From sequence record DRR378314_108: a stretch of 58,108 nucleotides of DNA; one strand, written 5' to 3'. The notes under the pieces were generated by a model that ran no database searches, was not told the DNA's origin, and worked only from the letters and a program-made list of their open reading frames with translations. Made by a program: the position numbers and the translations under genes. Shown here piece by piece: positions 1 to 9,887 of this stretch (position 1 is its first letter; each line of letters starts with the position of its first letter).

Positions 1-2
1 AC

Positions 3-1289
3 GTCAGGCCGCGACCACCATTCGCGGACCCCGACGCCAACCCCGAAGCCCAGTTATACAATTGGGTGCTGGTGGACGCCAGCGGAGATGCCCAGGCCCG
101 GGGAACCGCAGACCCGCGAGACGCTATTGAACAGACGCTGGCTCAGAACGATCTCGACAACGTGCTGTTGGTTGGCCTCATTCCCGGCGATGAGGCGCTC
201 TTCTGCGTAGCGGACATTCCCGCCAAGCAGACCCGATTCGTTCATCAGGCGCTTCCCTATGCGGTTGAGGAGCAGGTTGCGCAGGATATCGAGAGTGTGC
301 ATCTGGCGCTTGGTAATCGCACCGAACGGGGCTTCCGTGTTGCAGCGATCGACCATGGCCAAATGGCCGAATGGGTCGTGATGTTCAGTGGTTGGGAGCA
401 TCTGAAGCTGGATGCCATATACCCGGACTCCAGTCTGCTGCCTGTGACCGAAGGCGGTTGGTCGGTTTGCCTGGATGGCGATTCCGCCATGCTGTCCAGT
501 GATCAGGGAGAGTGGCTCAGCGTTCACGCGAGGAATCTGGCCATGTTCGCCCAAACGCTCGCGTTGCCACCCTCCGATGAAGTGGTCGCAGAGGTGCCGG
601 TCACGGTTTACGGCACTGAGCAGGAATTCGAGCACCAACAGGCGGATCTGGCTGAGTTGAAATCATCAACGCGCCTGGTGGTCCGGGAGGAAACGCTCGA
701 ATTGATGCCATTGGAGCTCCTGGCGCACTCTCATCACCATCATCTTTGTGAGCCGATCAATCTGTGCCAGGGGGCTTACAGCATCCGCACCGGCAAAACC
801 AGCGTACTGGGAGCCTGGAAACCGCTGCTCGCTGTAGCCTGCGTGTGGTTTGTCATTCAGATTGGTGTTGAAGTCGGCATGGGGTTCTATTATCAGCAGC
901 AGGCGGATGAGATCCGTGAGCAGGCGATGGCGGTCTACCGGGAGGCCTTTCCGGGTGACGCCAGGACCCATTCAGGAAACGTGCGCCGGGTTGTAGAAGG
1001 GCAGTTGCGCCAGCTTCAGGCCGAGGGGCCGAATGCCGGTTTCATCACCCTGATGAAGTACACCGGTGAACAGTATTCGAAGATTCCCGATTCACGCTCT
1101 GTCACCTTCAATTCCGTCAACTACAGCCAGAATCGCGGGGAACTCGTGGTGGATGTTCGGGCAGATAGCTACGACAAGCTCAGCACCCTGAGAAATGGCC
1201 TGACCAATCGCGGGCTGGAAGCTCAGATTGGTTCAGTGGTCAACGAGTCGAATGGCGCCCGCGGTCGCCTGACGGTTTCTGGAGGATAA
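3..1289 (+). CDS. gspL: Type II secretion system protein L (5'-truncated by window edge)
   Basis: Frame is open from base 3 (VRPRPPFADPD...). Contains the GspL-like 'ALPYAVEEQVAQDIESVH' motif, one TM helix and a periplasmic C-domain, and is followed by a gspM-like gene. Confidence 0.9.
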   Translation, partial: VRPRPPFADPDANPEAQLYNWVLVDASGDAQARGTADPRDAIEQTLAQNDLDNVLLVGLIPGDEALFCVADIPAKQTRFVHQALPYAVEEQVAQDIESVHLALGNRTERGFRVAAIDHGQMAEWVVMFSGWEHLKLDAIYPDSSLLPVTEGGWSVCLDGDSAMLSSDQGEWLSVHARNLAMFAQTLALPPSDEVVAEVPVTVYGTEQEFEHQQADLAELKSSTRLVVREETLELMPLELLAHSHHHHLCEPINLCQGAYSIRTGKTSVLGAWKPLLAVACVWFVIQIGVEVGMGFYYQQQADEIREQAMAVYREAFPGDARTHSGNVRRVVEGQLRQLQAEGPNAGFITLMKYTGEQYSKIPDSRSVTFNSVNYSQNRGELVVDVRADSYDKLSTLRNGLTNRGLEAQIGSVVNESNGARGRLTVSGG

Positions 1290-1293
1290 CGGC

Positions 1294-1824
1294 ATGCTCA
1301 ACAAGATCAAGGAACAGCCAGCCGTTGGAAAGCTGATCGCTCAGTACGACCAGTTACCCCGCCGTGACCAGCAGGCACTCTCGGTTCTCGCCGTGGCGAT
1401 TATTCTGGGAATTCTTTACTTCGGTGTCTGGCGACCCGCAACCGATTTCCATAACGACGCCGTGGAGGCCAGGAGCAGTGCCACGGAATTGCTGGCCTGG
1501 CTTGAGGCCAATCGCCAGTCACTGGACCGCCTGTCCAGTGCCGGGTCGTCCCAGGGAACGGCAGGCGCTGATACGCCGGCTGATGGTCGGGCGCTCATGG
1601 CCCTGGTAACCCGCAGCGCCAGCGAAGCGGGGCTGTCACTGCAGCGCTTTGAGCCCAGTGGCGAGGACGCCATTCGCGTGTGGCTCGAGGGTGCGCCATT
1701 CACTGAGGTGGCAAGCTGGCTGGAACGCTTGAATACTGGCCATGGTGTGCAGATAGACCAGGCCTCGATGGACCGGCAGAACGCCCCGGGGATCGTATCT
1801 GTACGTCTGACATTGACGATTTGA
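1294..1824 (+). CDS. gspM: Type II secretion system protein M
   Basis: N-terminal 'LPRRDQQAL' then one TM helix and a ferredoxin-like C-domain ('IRVWLEGAPF...WLERL...GIVSVRLTL'). Lies 4 bp after gspL. Confidence 0.9.
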   Translation: MLNKIKEQPAVGKLIAQYDQLPRRDQQALSVLAVAIILGILYFGVWRPATDFHNDAVEARSSATELLAWLEANRQSLDRLSSAGSSQGTAGADTPADGRALMALVTRSASEAGLSLQRFEPSGEDAIRVWLEGAPFTEVASWLERLNTGHGVQIDQASMDRQNAPGIVSVRLTLTI

Positions 1825-1846
1825 GGCAGACACTGGAGAACACTGG

Positions 1847-2512
1847 ATGAACGACGGTACACAAAACAAGAAAGAACCGCAGGCCGTCATTGTGCGGCTC
1901 GACGGTAGTGCCCGAAATGAGGCAATCTCCATACTGGTCCACGCGTACCGGGATGAACCGACATTCCAGTACCTGTTTGATCACCGCCGCCCGGGCTATC
2001 AACAGCGCGTGCGGGCGACCGTTCGGGAACTGATTGATCTCTACTTTGGTTTGGACCAGGACGCGGTTGGTGTGTTGGTGGATGATACACTCGTCGCCGT
2101 TGCCTTCATCGGTGAGCCGGAACTGCGTCTGAATCTGGCAGAGCAGCTTAGCTGGCGTATTCGCATGGTCCTGACTGCCGGCTTTGCCTGCACCCGTCGC
2201 TATCTGGACTACCACGAGAAGATCCGGGAAATGCTGCCGCAGCCACTGGCTCACCAGTTGCCACTGATGGGGGTGAACCCGAACTACCAGAACAAAGGGT
2301 ATGGGCGATTGCTGTTGTCGACGGTGGAGAAGCTCTGCGCGGAAAATCCGCGGGGAAGCGGGCTTGTCCTGGATACCGGCAACAGCCGATACCTTCCGTT
2401 CTATGAATCCGAAGGGTTCCGCAGCCTGGGCACCATCCGCCTGGGCAACTTTGAGGATCACATACTCTTCCGTGAGGTCCGCCCTGATGAACAGACGGCG
2501 GTGTCCGGTTGA
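1847..2512 (+). CDS. GNAT-family N-acetyltransferase
   Basis: Acetyl-CoA motif A 'MGVNPNYQNKGYGRLLL' and 'FYESEGF'; GGAG RBS upstream. Confidence 0.8.
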   Translation: MNDGTQNKKEPQAVIVRLDGSARNEAISILVHAYRDEPTFQYLFDHRRPGYQQRVRATVRELIDLYFGLDQDAVGVLVDDTLVAVAFIGEPELRLNLAEQLSWRIRMVLTAGFACTRRYLDYHEKIREMLPQPLAHQLPLMGVNPNYQNKGYGRLLLSTVEKLCAENPRGSGLVLDTGNSRYLPFYESEGFRSLGTIRLGNFEDHILFREVRPDEQTAVSG

Positions 2513-2545
2513 ATGAAGTAATGGTCGAAAACGACAGGAGATGCT

Positions 2546-3907
2546 GTGTCTGACAGACAGGATTTTGATCTGATTGTTGTAGGTGCCGGTTCCGGCGGCG
2601 TAAGGCTGGCCCGTATGTCTGCTGCAAAGGGCGCCCGCGTGGCGGTGGTTGAGTCGCGCTATCTGGGCGGAACCTGCGTTAACGTGGGTTGTGTGCCCAA
2701 GAAACTGTTTGTCTATGGTGCCCATGCCGGTGAGGACATTGAGGACGCGGCAGGCTACGGCTGGAACGTGCCGGGTGATCAGGTCAGTTTTGACTGGACC
2801 AGGCTGGTTGCCAATAAAAACGCCGAAATCGAACGGCTCAACGGTATCTATGGCCGTATGCTGGCCAACGCCGGTGTTACCGTTATTGAAGGCACTGCGT
2901 CACTGACCGACGCCCATACCGTCGTTGTCGGTCAACAATCCTACACGGCGAAGCACATCACCATTGCCACGGGCAGCTGGCCCGTGGTTCCCGATGTACC
3001 CGGCAAGGAATGTGTACTGACCTCGAACGAGATGTTCTACCTGCCGCAACTGCCGCGGCAGGCGGTTGTCTGGGGTGGCGGCTATATAGCGGTCGAGTTT
3101 GCCGGCATTCTTGCCGGCCTTGGGGTAGAGACCACGCTCCTGTACCGCGGTGATCTGTTCCTGCGGGGCTTTGACAACGATGTTCGTGAATTTACCGCGT
3201 CGGAAATGCGCAAGAAAGGCGTGGACCTGCGTTTTGGCGTCAATATCGAATCCATCGAGAGCGAGGATACGCACTACAACGTCGATCTGACCGACGGCAC
3301 GCGACTGAATACCGGCCTTGTGATGGCCGCTACCGGGCGCCGGGCATTGGTGGATGGTCTTGGGCTTGAGGCGCTGGGCGTCCAGCTCAGTGCGTCCGGC
3401 CATGTGGTCGTTGATGATTATTTCCAGACGGCCGTGCCCTCCATAACCGCTCTGGGTGACGTCATAGGCACACCGCAACTGACGCCCGTAGCGCTTGCTC
3501 AGGGCATGGTGCTTTCCCGCAGGCTGTTCGGCGATGGCCAGGGCGAGATGGACTATACCTGCATACCCACGGCGGTGTTCTGTCAGCCCAATATTGGAAC
3601 CGTTGGCTTGACTGAGGCGCAGGCGAGGGAAGCCGGCCATAGGTTGCGGATCTACCGGTCGGAATTCAAACCGATGAAACACACCCTGAGTGGACGGGAT
3701 GAACGTTCGCTGATGAAACTGGTGGTGGACGATGCCACGGATCGGGTTCTTGGGGCCCATATGGTCGGGCCCGACGCGGGAGAAATCACCCAGGGGATTG
3801 CTGTTGCACTGAAGGCCGGCGCGACGAAGGCGCAGTTCGACAGTACGGTTGGTATCCACCCGACGTCGGCAGAAGAATTCGTCACCATGCGTGAACCGGT
3901 GGCCTGA
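2546..3907 (+). CDS. gor: Glutathione-disulfide reductase
   Basis: GAGSGG FAD motif, redox-active '[13 protein letters not shown]', GGGYIA NADPH motif, C-terminal '[12 protein letters not shown]'. GTG start with AGGAG RBS. Confidence 0.95.
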   Translation: MSDRQDFDLIVVGAGSGGVRLARMSAAKGARVAVVESRYLGGTCVNVGCVPKKLFVYGAHAGEDIEDAAGYGWNVPGDQVSFDWTRLVANKNAEIERLNGIYGRMLANAGVTVIEGTASLTDAHTVVVGQQSYTAKHITIATGSWPVVPDVPGKECVLTSNEMFYLPQLPRQAVVWGGGYIAVEFAGILAGLGVETTLLYRGDLFLRGFDNDVREFTASEMRKKGVDLRFGVNIESIESEDTHYNVDLTDGTRLNTGLVMAATGRRALVDGLGLEALGVQLSASGHVVVDDYFQTAVPSITALGDVIGTPQLTPVALAQGMVLSRRLFGDGQGEMDYTCIPTAVFCQPNIGTVGLTEAQAREAGHRLRIYRSEFKPMKHTLSGRDERSLMKLVVDDATDRVLGAHMVGPDAGEITQGIAVALKAGATKAQFDSTVGIHPTSAEEFVTMREPVA

Positions 3908-3940
3908 TTCCAGGCATTGCCCGCCGTCAGAGCCGCTGGT

Positions 3941-5884
3941 TTACACCCGTATCCAGCGGCTCAGTACCGCTCTCAGATTTTCCTTCCTTACGGGTTTGGC
4001 CAGGTAATCGTTCATTCCGGCCTCGCGGCAACTGGACTCGGTGCCCGGGAGGGCGTCGGCGGTGAGTGCAATAATCGGGGTTCCACCCTGGCCGTTGCTC
4101 TTTTCCCATTCGCGGATACAGCGGGTTGTTTCATAGCCATCCATGACCGGCATCTGGCAGTCCATCAGGATAACGTCGTAGCCGCAATGATTGGTCTGTA
4201 CAAGCTCCAGCGCTTCCTCACCATTGGTTGCGGCATCTGTATCGAAGCCCAGCCGTTTGAGCAGGGCAGTAGCGACCCGCTGGTTCACCAGGTTGTCTTC
4301 CACCACCAGCGCCCGGGCTTGGTCTCCTCCGGTTTTGAGAGGGCCCATTTCCAAACGCTCAATGTTGTCGGACGGCGTAGCCAGCTCGAAGGGGAGCTCA
4401 AAACGGAACTGCGACCCTTTGCCGATGTCCGTTTCCACCTTGACGTGACCGCCCATGAGTTCGACGAGTCTCTGTACCAGTGAAAGCCCCATGCCGGTAC
4501 CACCGTAGCGGCGGGAGTTGCCGGTCTCGAGCTGTTCGAAGGAGTTAAAAATGTCATGAATCCGTTCGACCGGAATACCGCAGCCGGAATCGCTGACGGT
4601 GCAATTGAGCAGCACGCAGTTGTCCTCAAGCGCAAACCAGCCAGCCTGCACTTTGATGAAGCCATCGCCGGTGAACTTGATGGCGTTGTCGATCAGGCCC
4701 GCCAGAATCTGGCGTAGACGAGGCGCGTCCCCCATCACAACCGGTTGGTCCGGCCAGTCACCGATAAACGACGAGGTAAGGGCCAGGCCCTGTTGTTCCG
4801 CGATATGACGGTAGCTGGCCGTGCAATTGGTCATCAGTTCTTTAAGATCAAATTCGCGGTTGTCCAGTTCCAGCGTTCCCCGGTCAATATGGGAGTAGTC
4901 GAGGATGTCATTGATCACGGTCAGCAAATCCTCGGTGGACTGTCGGGCCGTCTGGAGGTAATCGGCCTGCCTGTTGCTCAGGGATTCTTCGGTGACCAAC
5001 TCAATCATGCCCAGAACCCCGTTGAGCGGTGTCCGTAGTTCGTGGCTCATGGTGGCAAGAAATTCGGACTTGGAGCGGTTTGCGAGCTCGGCCCGCTCAC
5101 GTGCTTTCTCCGATGACGCCAGCGTTTCATCCCTGGATGCCTGAAGGTTCCGGAGATGCTTCGACAGGGCATTGAGGCTTTCCTCCAGGTCACGGATTTC
5201 TCGGGTTGTGCCGCTGGTCGTGACGGGCACTTCTTCGTATTCCCGATTGGTCAGCTTTGCAACGCGACGCGTCAGGCCATGGATGGGAGAAACGATGCTG
5301 TTCAGCGAGTGGTTGACAATGAGCAGCGTAAACAACAGCAATGAGAAGCCTACCGCCAGCGATGTCCAAAGGATGTCCTGCCGCCGCGCGGCCAGTTGGG
5401 CCTTGTTGACGCCAACCTGAATGGTTCCGACCCGCAGGGCTCCGGAGCCGAAACCGTAATTGGGTTCAAACCATTCGGTCTGCCGATCTTCTCCAAGGTC
5501 AAGCGGTTGCTGGAGGATCTCTGCCTCAAAAACATCGAAGGTTTCCTGAGCGCTGATATCGCCAGGGTCTTCGGTGGAAACGAATCCAACTTCGTCACCC
5601 ACTACGTTGGAGACCCGTATCCACTGGGCGCGACTGCGGCGCAACGATTGTGAAAGAATCTGGTTAAGGGCCGTTGTATTACCAGAGACGACGGCGTATT
5701 CCACGGCAGGCGCAAGGCTGTCGGCAAGCATCTGGCTGCTGTCCGCCAGATCCTTTCGGGCGTCATCGAGCCGAGCGGAGGTAAAGAACACCATCAGCAC
5801 CACGAACATGACAATGGCTGGCGCAGCACCCAGTAGCAGCAACTTCCGTGTGAGGGGAACCGGACGACCCATGCGTTTACTCAT
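3941..5884 (-). CDS. Membrane-bound hybrid sensor histidine kinase (HAMP-HisKA-HATPase-REC)
   Basis: Two TM helices, H-box 'FLATMSHELRTPLNG', N-box 'NAIKFT', G-boxes and a receiver domain ('VEDN..N', 'LMDCQMPVMDG', 'KP'). Start placed at ATG 5884, overlapping the upstream stop. Confidence 0.92.
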   Translation of the reverse strand: MSKRMGRPVPLTRKLLLLGAAPAIVMFVVLMVFFTSARLDDARKDLADSSQMLADSLAPAVEYAVVSGNTTALNQILSQSLRRSRAQWIRVSNVVGDEVGFVSTEDPGDISAQETFDVFEAEILQQPLDLGEDRQTEWFEPNYGFGSGALRVGTIQVGVNKAQLAARRQDILWTSLAVGFSLLLFTLLIVNHSLNSIVSPIHGLTRRVAKLTNREYEEVPVTTSGTTREIRDLEESLNALSKHLRNLQASRDETLASSEKARERAELANRSKSEFLATMSHELRTPLNGVLGMIELVTEESLSNRQADYLQTARQSTEDLLTVINDILDYSHIDRGTLELDNREFDLKELMTNCTASYRHIAEQQGLALTSSFIGDWPDQPVVMGDAPRLRQILAGLIDNAIKFTGDGFIKVQAGWFALEDNCVLLNCTVSDSGCGIPVERIHDIFNSFEQLETGNSRRYGGTGMGLSLVQRLVELMGGHVKVETDIGKGSQFRFELPFELATPSDNIERLEMGPLKTGGDQARALVVEDNLVNQRVATALLKRLGFDTDAATNGEEALELVQTNHCGYDVILMDCQMPVMDGYETTRCIREWEKSNGQGGTPIIALTADALPGTESSCREAGMNDYLAKPVRKENLRAVLSRWIRV

Positions 5885-6857
5885 CAGAAGCCTCCTCGGA
5901 ACTGGCAAGACGCTCTCTCACGGAGTCGATGATGTCCTGGCGGTCGGGTAGCGGAATATTCAGGGAACGTGCGACCTGGCGATTAAGCTCAATCCTGAAG
6001 GTGTCGGGGTAGGCCGGTGAGGGGAACCGTCCGTCGACACGGTACTGCTCAATGTACTCCGCTGCCAGATTGGCAATCTCGGTCAGTGGCGTGTAGGTGG
6101 ACGCCAGGGAACCCGCCTTGACATAAGCCTGACTCGGCCCGATGACAATGCGGTTACGGCGATAGGCTGTCAGCAGGATGTGCTTGATGGTTCTGGGGTT
6201 GTATATACCGCTGTCTGGCGCCGCCAGAATAAAGTCGCCGTAGTTCAGTGCGTGGATGAGTGTTGGTATCAGGTCGTTGTCGGAACTCACCACAAATACC
6301 CGGGCAGTGAGGCCGTAGGCGGGTAGTTGATCAACCAGGGGCTCGTAGCGTTCGACGGTATCCGGGCGCGCAAGCATCGCCACCCGTGTGGCATGGGGCA
6401 GGATGACCTGTCCGGCGACTGCCTGCCTCACCAGCGGTGGATTATAAAGTATGCCGGAAACCGTGCCTCCGGAACGCTCTGCATATCCATCAATGAACGT
6501 TTGGTCCACAAGCAGGGCTAGGATAGGCACGTTGCGATTCTCCTGCCTGACCCGCGTAAAGGCCTCTGGGCCAAGCGTTATGACCGGCGTGGTGTTGTCC
6601 TGAGAGGTCTGGCCGCTACTGAACGCGCGAATAACCGTGGTACTGCCGAAGGCGTTTTCGAGCAGGGACAACATTCGGCGGTTCAGCGCGGAGTTCTCCG
6701 AACCGGCCAGATACACCAGAGACCCAGAGGTTGATTGTGCAGAAACAGGCGGCGCTGCCAACGTGACCATCAGCAACAGGGTGGCGATGACCAGCACACG
6801 TCGGCGGCCATTGCCACGGGGTCCTGTTACTGCTTGTGCGTTGTGCGTTGGTTTCAT
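5877..6857 (-). CDS. Exported ABC-type substrate-binding-like protein (no cognate permease nearby)
   Basis: Signal peptide and ABC_sub_bind-like C-terminal signature 'YVKAGSLAS...IELNRQVARSLNIPLP'. Confidence 0.7.
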   Translation of the reverse strand: MKPTHNAQAVTGPRGNGRRRVLVIATLLLMVTLAAPPVSAQSTSGSLVYLAGSENSALNRRMLSLLENAFGSTTVIRAFSSGQTSQDNTTPVITLGPEAFTRVRQENRNVPILALLVDQTFIDGYAERSGGTVSGILYNPPLVRQAVAGQVILPHATRVAMLARPDTVERYEPLVDQLPAYGLTARVFVVSSDNDLIPTLIHALNYGDFILAAPDSGIYNPRTIKHILLTAYRRNRIVIGPSQAYVKAGSLASTYTPLTEIANLAAEYIEQYRVDGRFPSPAYPDTFRIELNRQVARSLNIPLPDRQDIIDSVRERLASSEEASDE

Positions 6858-6891
6858 ACCGTCCAGGGTCGGATGTCGTCCGTGTGTTGCC

Positions 6892-9078
6892 TTAGAATCT
6901 TACACCGACTTCAGCGAAGAACTGGTTGTGGTCCCTGATAATGTTATCGGGGCTAAGATCCACATCCCGGTTCAGGTAGTGCTGCATGGTAACGGCAAAC
7001 TCATAGCTGTAGCCGGTTCTGAAAATGTGCCTCGCCAGTCTCAGGTCCAGACGTTCGAACTGCGAACGACGGAACTCATCCGCGAAATAGAACGCTGTCG
7101 AGGAGGTCAGGTTGAACGGCAGATCCTGTATCCACGCGAAGCTACCGGAATGCCTGACCGATAAACGCCCGAGCAGGTCTATGGCGTATTGTTTATCACC
7201 AGCGTCGCGATCATTGGCACCGGTGTAACGCCCATCCTGATCCAGATAAGCATAGCTCATCCTCAGCTTGGTACCGGGAAAGTCCAGTGACGCTTCAACT
7301 TCAAAACCTTCCTGGTCCAGTGCCACATTGTTGTCGATGGTCCAGTCTTCCTCGTTTATGACGCCACTGATCATGTCACGAAGCTTGTCGTTGAAATAGC
7401 GGATCTCGAGCGACAGCGTGGAGCTGTCCAAATAAAACTGACCAAAATAGCTTATTTCACGGGATGTTATTCGCTCTTCTTCAAGTGTTTTCCCGTAAGT
7501 GGACGTGGCGGGATCGACAAGATCAGCGACCAGGAACCGTTGCCCTTCAAGGAACTCATAAGGTGCCTGAACGTTTCTTGGTCGATACGACCAGTCCGGA
7601 TTCTGTTCGAAGGCATCCGGTGTACGGACAGCCTTAGAGTACACAAACCGCAGTGTGTGGTTGTTGGCCAGAATGAAGTTGGCGGCAACCCTCGGTGAGA
7701 AGTAGCCTTCGTCCGTGGTTGTGGTTGTCTCCCAGTTACCACCGGTATTAAGCGTGAGCCAACGAAATGGAGAGTACTCGAGGTTCCCGAAAACCCGCGA
7801 CTGGTAGTTATTGCCCCGCCCGTTGAAATAGGTCTCGGAGCGATAGGTATCCTTGCGATAGCCGAGCCCTGATACCAGCTTCAGGTCCGGATTGAACAGC
7901 AGGGTATCCTGGATTTCAAACTCGAGGCGGGATTCTTCAATGTCTTCGTTCAGGTCGGCCCTGAACGGGTCCACTTCATTAGCGGTGCAGGGTTCCAGAT
8001 CGGGACTGTTTCCCATCAGGATCTCGTTAAAGGTATCTCCGGGAATGCAGACGCTCCAACGCTGACGGTGATTGTAGTTCTGGAAGCTTGCCTGGACATG
8101 GTAGAAATGGCTTTCGGAGGTGTGGACGTTCAGGCGGGTCTGGAGGTAATAGTCGTCAACAATAATATCGGGATGATCATTTGCACCCAGCTTCCCGTTT
8201 TTTATCTCGTCCTCTTCATCGACGCCATCCACCACACCGGCTCGTAGATCCAGGCTGTGGTTGCCGGCCAGGGACAGCGTACTGTCGTAGGTAAAGGTGT
8301 TGACGTCATAGCCATCGTGGAACGGGTAATAGACGTCGTCATCTTCCTGCTCGTCAAATCCGTCGGACTTGCGCTTCTCGTAGGCCAGTCGCCAGTTATA
8401 GTCGCCGCTTGCATTGCCTGCAGACCCAAAGACTCTTTTATACCCCCTGGAGCCGGTAACGGCGCGCGCTTCAAAGCCGGCCGTATCCTCGGGGGAACGG
8501 GTAATGATATTGATGGTGCCGAGAAAGGCATTGATCCCGTAGGCTGCGCTGTTCGGTCCACGGCTGACCTCAATGCGTTCGATCAATTCCAGTGGAACCG
8601 GCATGGTATTCCAGTCCATATCCGACAGGTTGGGGCGATAGGCTGTGCGGCCATCCACCTGAACCTGCAATCGGCGCTGCTCATAATGGACTGTGCCGTG
8701 ATAACTGGTCACCGGATTGTTGCTGCCGACTTCGGCGACGGTCATGCCCGGGACGAGACGGAATACCTCCACCAGGTTCATGATGCCAAGGTCACGGATC
8801 ATTTCGCCGGTAATAATGGTGGTTGTACCGGGCACCCGGGACTTTGGTTGTCTTAGCCGCGTGGTTGTCAGCACCTCGGGGATGGGGGACCCCATGTCAT
8901 AGGTTTCCGGTGCATCACCAAGTGCCGCAAGTTCGAAGGACTGATCGTCGCTTTCTGCGGCTCCGGCTGGCGTCGCGGCTATCAATACGCCCGCAAATAG
9001 CGTCGGAACGGCCCGACGGAAGCCGGTTTCCGAGCGTACAAGCGCAGGAATTTTAATGAGATAGGTCGTAACGGACAT
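6892..9078 (-). CDS. TonB-dependent outer-membrane receptor
   Basis: Signal peptide, plug motifs ('VLTTTRL', 'VQVDGR', 'IERIEVSRGPNSAAYGINAFLGTINIIT'), beta-strand-rich body and terminal Phe ('EVGVRF'). Confidence 0.92.
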   Translation of the reverse strand: MSVTTYLIKIPALVRSETGFRRAVPTLFAGVLIAATPAGAAESDDQSFELAALGDAPETYDMGSPIPEVLTTTRLRQPKSRVPGTTTIITGEMIRDLGIMNLVEVFRLVPGMTVAEVGSNNPVTSYHGTVHYEQRRLQVQVDGRTAYRPNLSDMDWNTMPVPLELIERIEVSRGPNSAAYGINAFLGTINIITRSPEDTAGFEARAVTGSRGYKRVFGSAGNASGDYNWRLAYEKRKSDGFDEQEDDDVYYPFHDGYDVNTFTYDSTLSLAGNHSLDLRAGVVDGVDEEDEIKNGKLGANDHPDIIVDDYYLQTRLNVHTSESHFYHVQASFQNYNHRQRWSVCIPGDTFNEILMGNSPDLEPCTANEVDPFRADLNEDIEESRLEFEIQDTLLFNPDLKLVSGLGYRKDTYRSETYFNGRGNNYQSRVFGNLEYSPFRWLTLNTGGNWETTTTTDEGYFSPRVAANFILANNHTLRFVYSKAVRTPDAFEQNPDWSYRPRNVQAPYEFLEGQRFLVADLVDPATSTYGKTLEEERITSREISYFGQFYLDSSTLSLEIRYFNDKLRDMISGVINEEDWTIDNNVALDQEGFEVEASLDFPGTKLRMSYAYLDQDGRYTGANDRDAGDKQYAIDLLGRLSVRHSGSFAWIQDLPFNLTSSTAFYFADEFRRSQFERLDLRLARHIFRTGYSYEFAVTMQHYLNRDVDLSPDNIIRDHNQFFAEVGVRF

Positions 9079-9151
9079 GAGTGTCGTTTTATACTTTGCC
9101 GAGTGTGGGATTTTTTATAGTGAACGCTTTTTCTTTATCCTAAGTGACCAG

Positions 9152-9178
9152 ATTACATTTGTCTCTCTAAAATGTAAT
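9152..9178. promoter_or_regulatory. 9-bp inverted repeat ATTACATTT-N9-AAATGTAAT in the divergent promoter region
   Basis: Read directly from the sequence; AT-rich intergenic region between the TonB receptor and J-domain-like genes. Confidence 0.35.
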
Positions 9179-9191
9179 GAATATCTGATGA

Positions 9192-9887
9192 ATGAGTTAC
9201 AACTCTATGAATTGTTGGGAAGTTTTGGGCATTGAGCCTACCGGTGATCACGCCCGTATACGGGCCGCTTACGAACAGCAGGAGAAATTTGCGTCTGGTG
9301 AGGAGCTTGAGCGGCTGCGGCAGGCCTTCAGGGAAGCAACGGGCGGTGAGTCAGTCACTGCGGACAGTCAGCCCGTTGCAGCTGAAGAATCTCGTGAGCC
9401 CCGTGCAGCCGCCCCCGAGCCGACGCCGGCAGCCGTGAATGTTGATGCGGCAGAGTTGGATGCATCGGAACGACAGGTGGTGCGCGAAGTGGTGATACAG
9501 GTGCGGGCACTGCTGAATGACAGCAGCCGTAGCAAGGACGCGCAGATCTGGAAAGCCATTCTCGGCGAGCCGCCGGCGGATCAACCCCATGTCCGGAAGG
9601 AGATCGCCGCCGCGTTGGAGCCGCAGGTTCGGCCGATGGCTGAGAACGGTACCTTCCCGGCGCCGGTTGTGCAGTTTCTGGCCGGATGGTTTGATTGGTA
9701 TAGCCTGCGGGACGTGCCCGAACACGACACTGACGAAGAGTCGCAGGCGGAGAGGGCCTCGGGCGACGAGCAACCGCAGGAAGACTTGCCGCCCCAAATG
9801 GTTAACTTCTGGCCAGCGGTCATTGGCTGGATTGTGGGCCTAGCTGTTCTGGCAACGTTATTCAGTGGCATGGGAGGCGGCGGCTGA
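9192..9887 (+). CDS. Membrane-anchored protein with a degenerate N-terminal J-domain-like region
   Basis: 'CWEVLGIEPTGDHARIRAAY...LERLRQAFREA' resembles J-domain helices but has no HPD loop; C-terminal TM helix. Confidence 0.6.
   Translation: MSYNSMNCWEVLGIEPTGDHARIRAAYEQQEKFASGEELERLRQAFREATGGESVTADSQPVAAEESREPRAAAPEPTPAAVNVDAAELDASERQVVREVVIQVRALLNDSSRSKDAQIWKAILGEPPADQPHVRKEIAAALEPQVRPMAENGTFPAPVVQFLAGWFDWYSLRDVPEHDTDEESQAERASGDEQPQEDLPPQMVNFWPAVIGWIVGLAVLATLFSGMGGGG

Noticed and set aside
1700-3859. 341-aa and 319-aa minus-strand ORFs over the GNAT and gor genes
   Set aside because: They overlap well-supported plus-strand genes and have no protein-family features.
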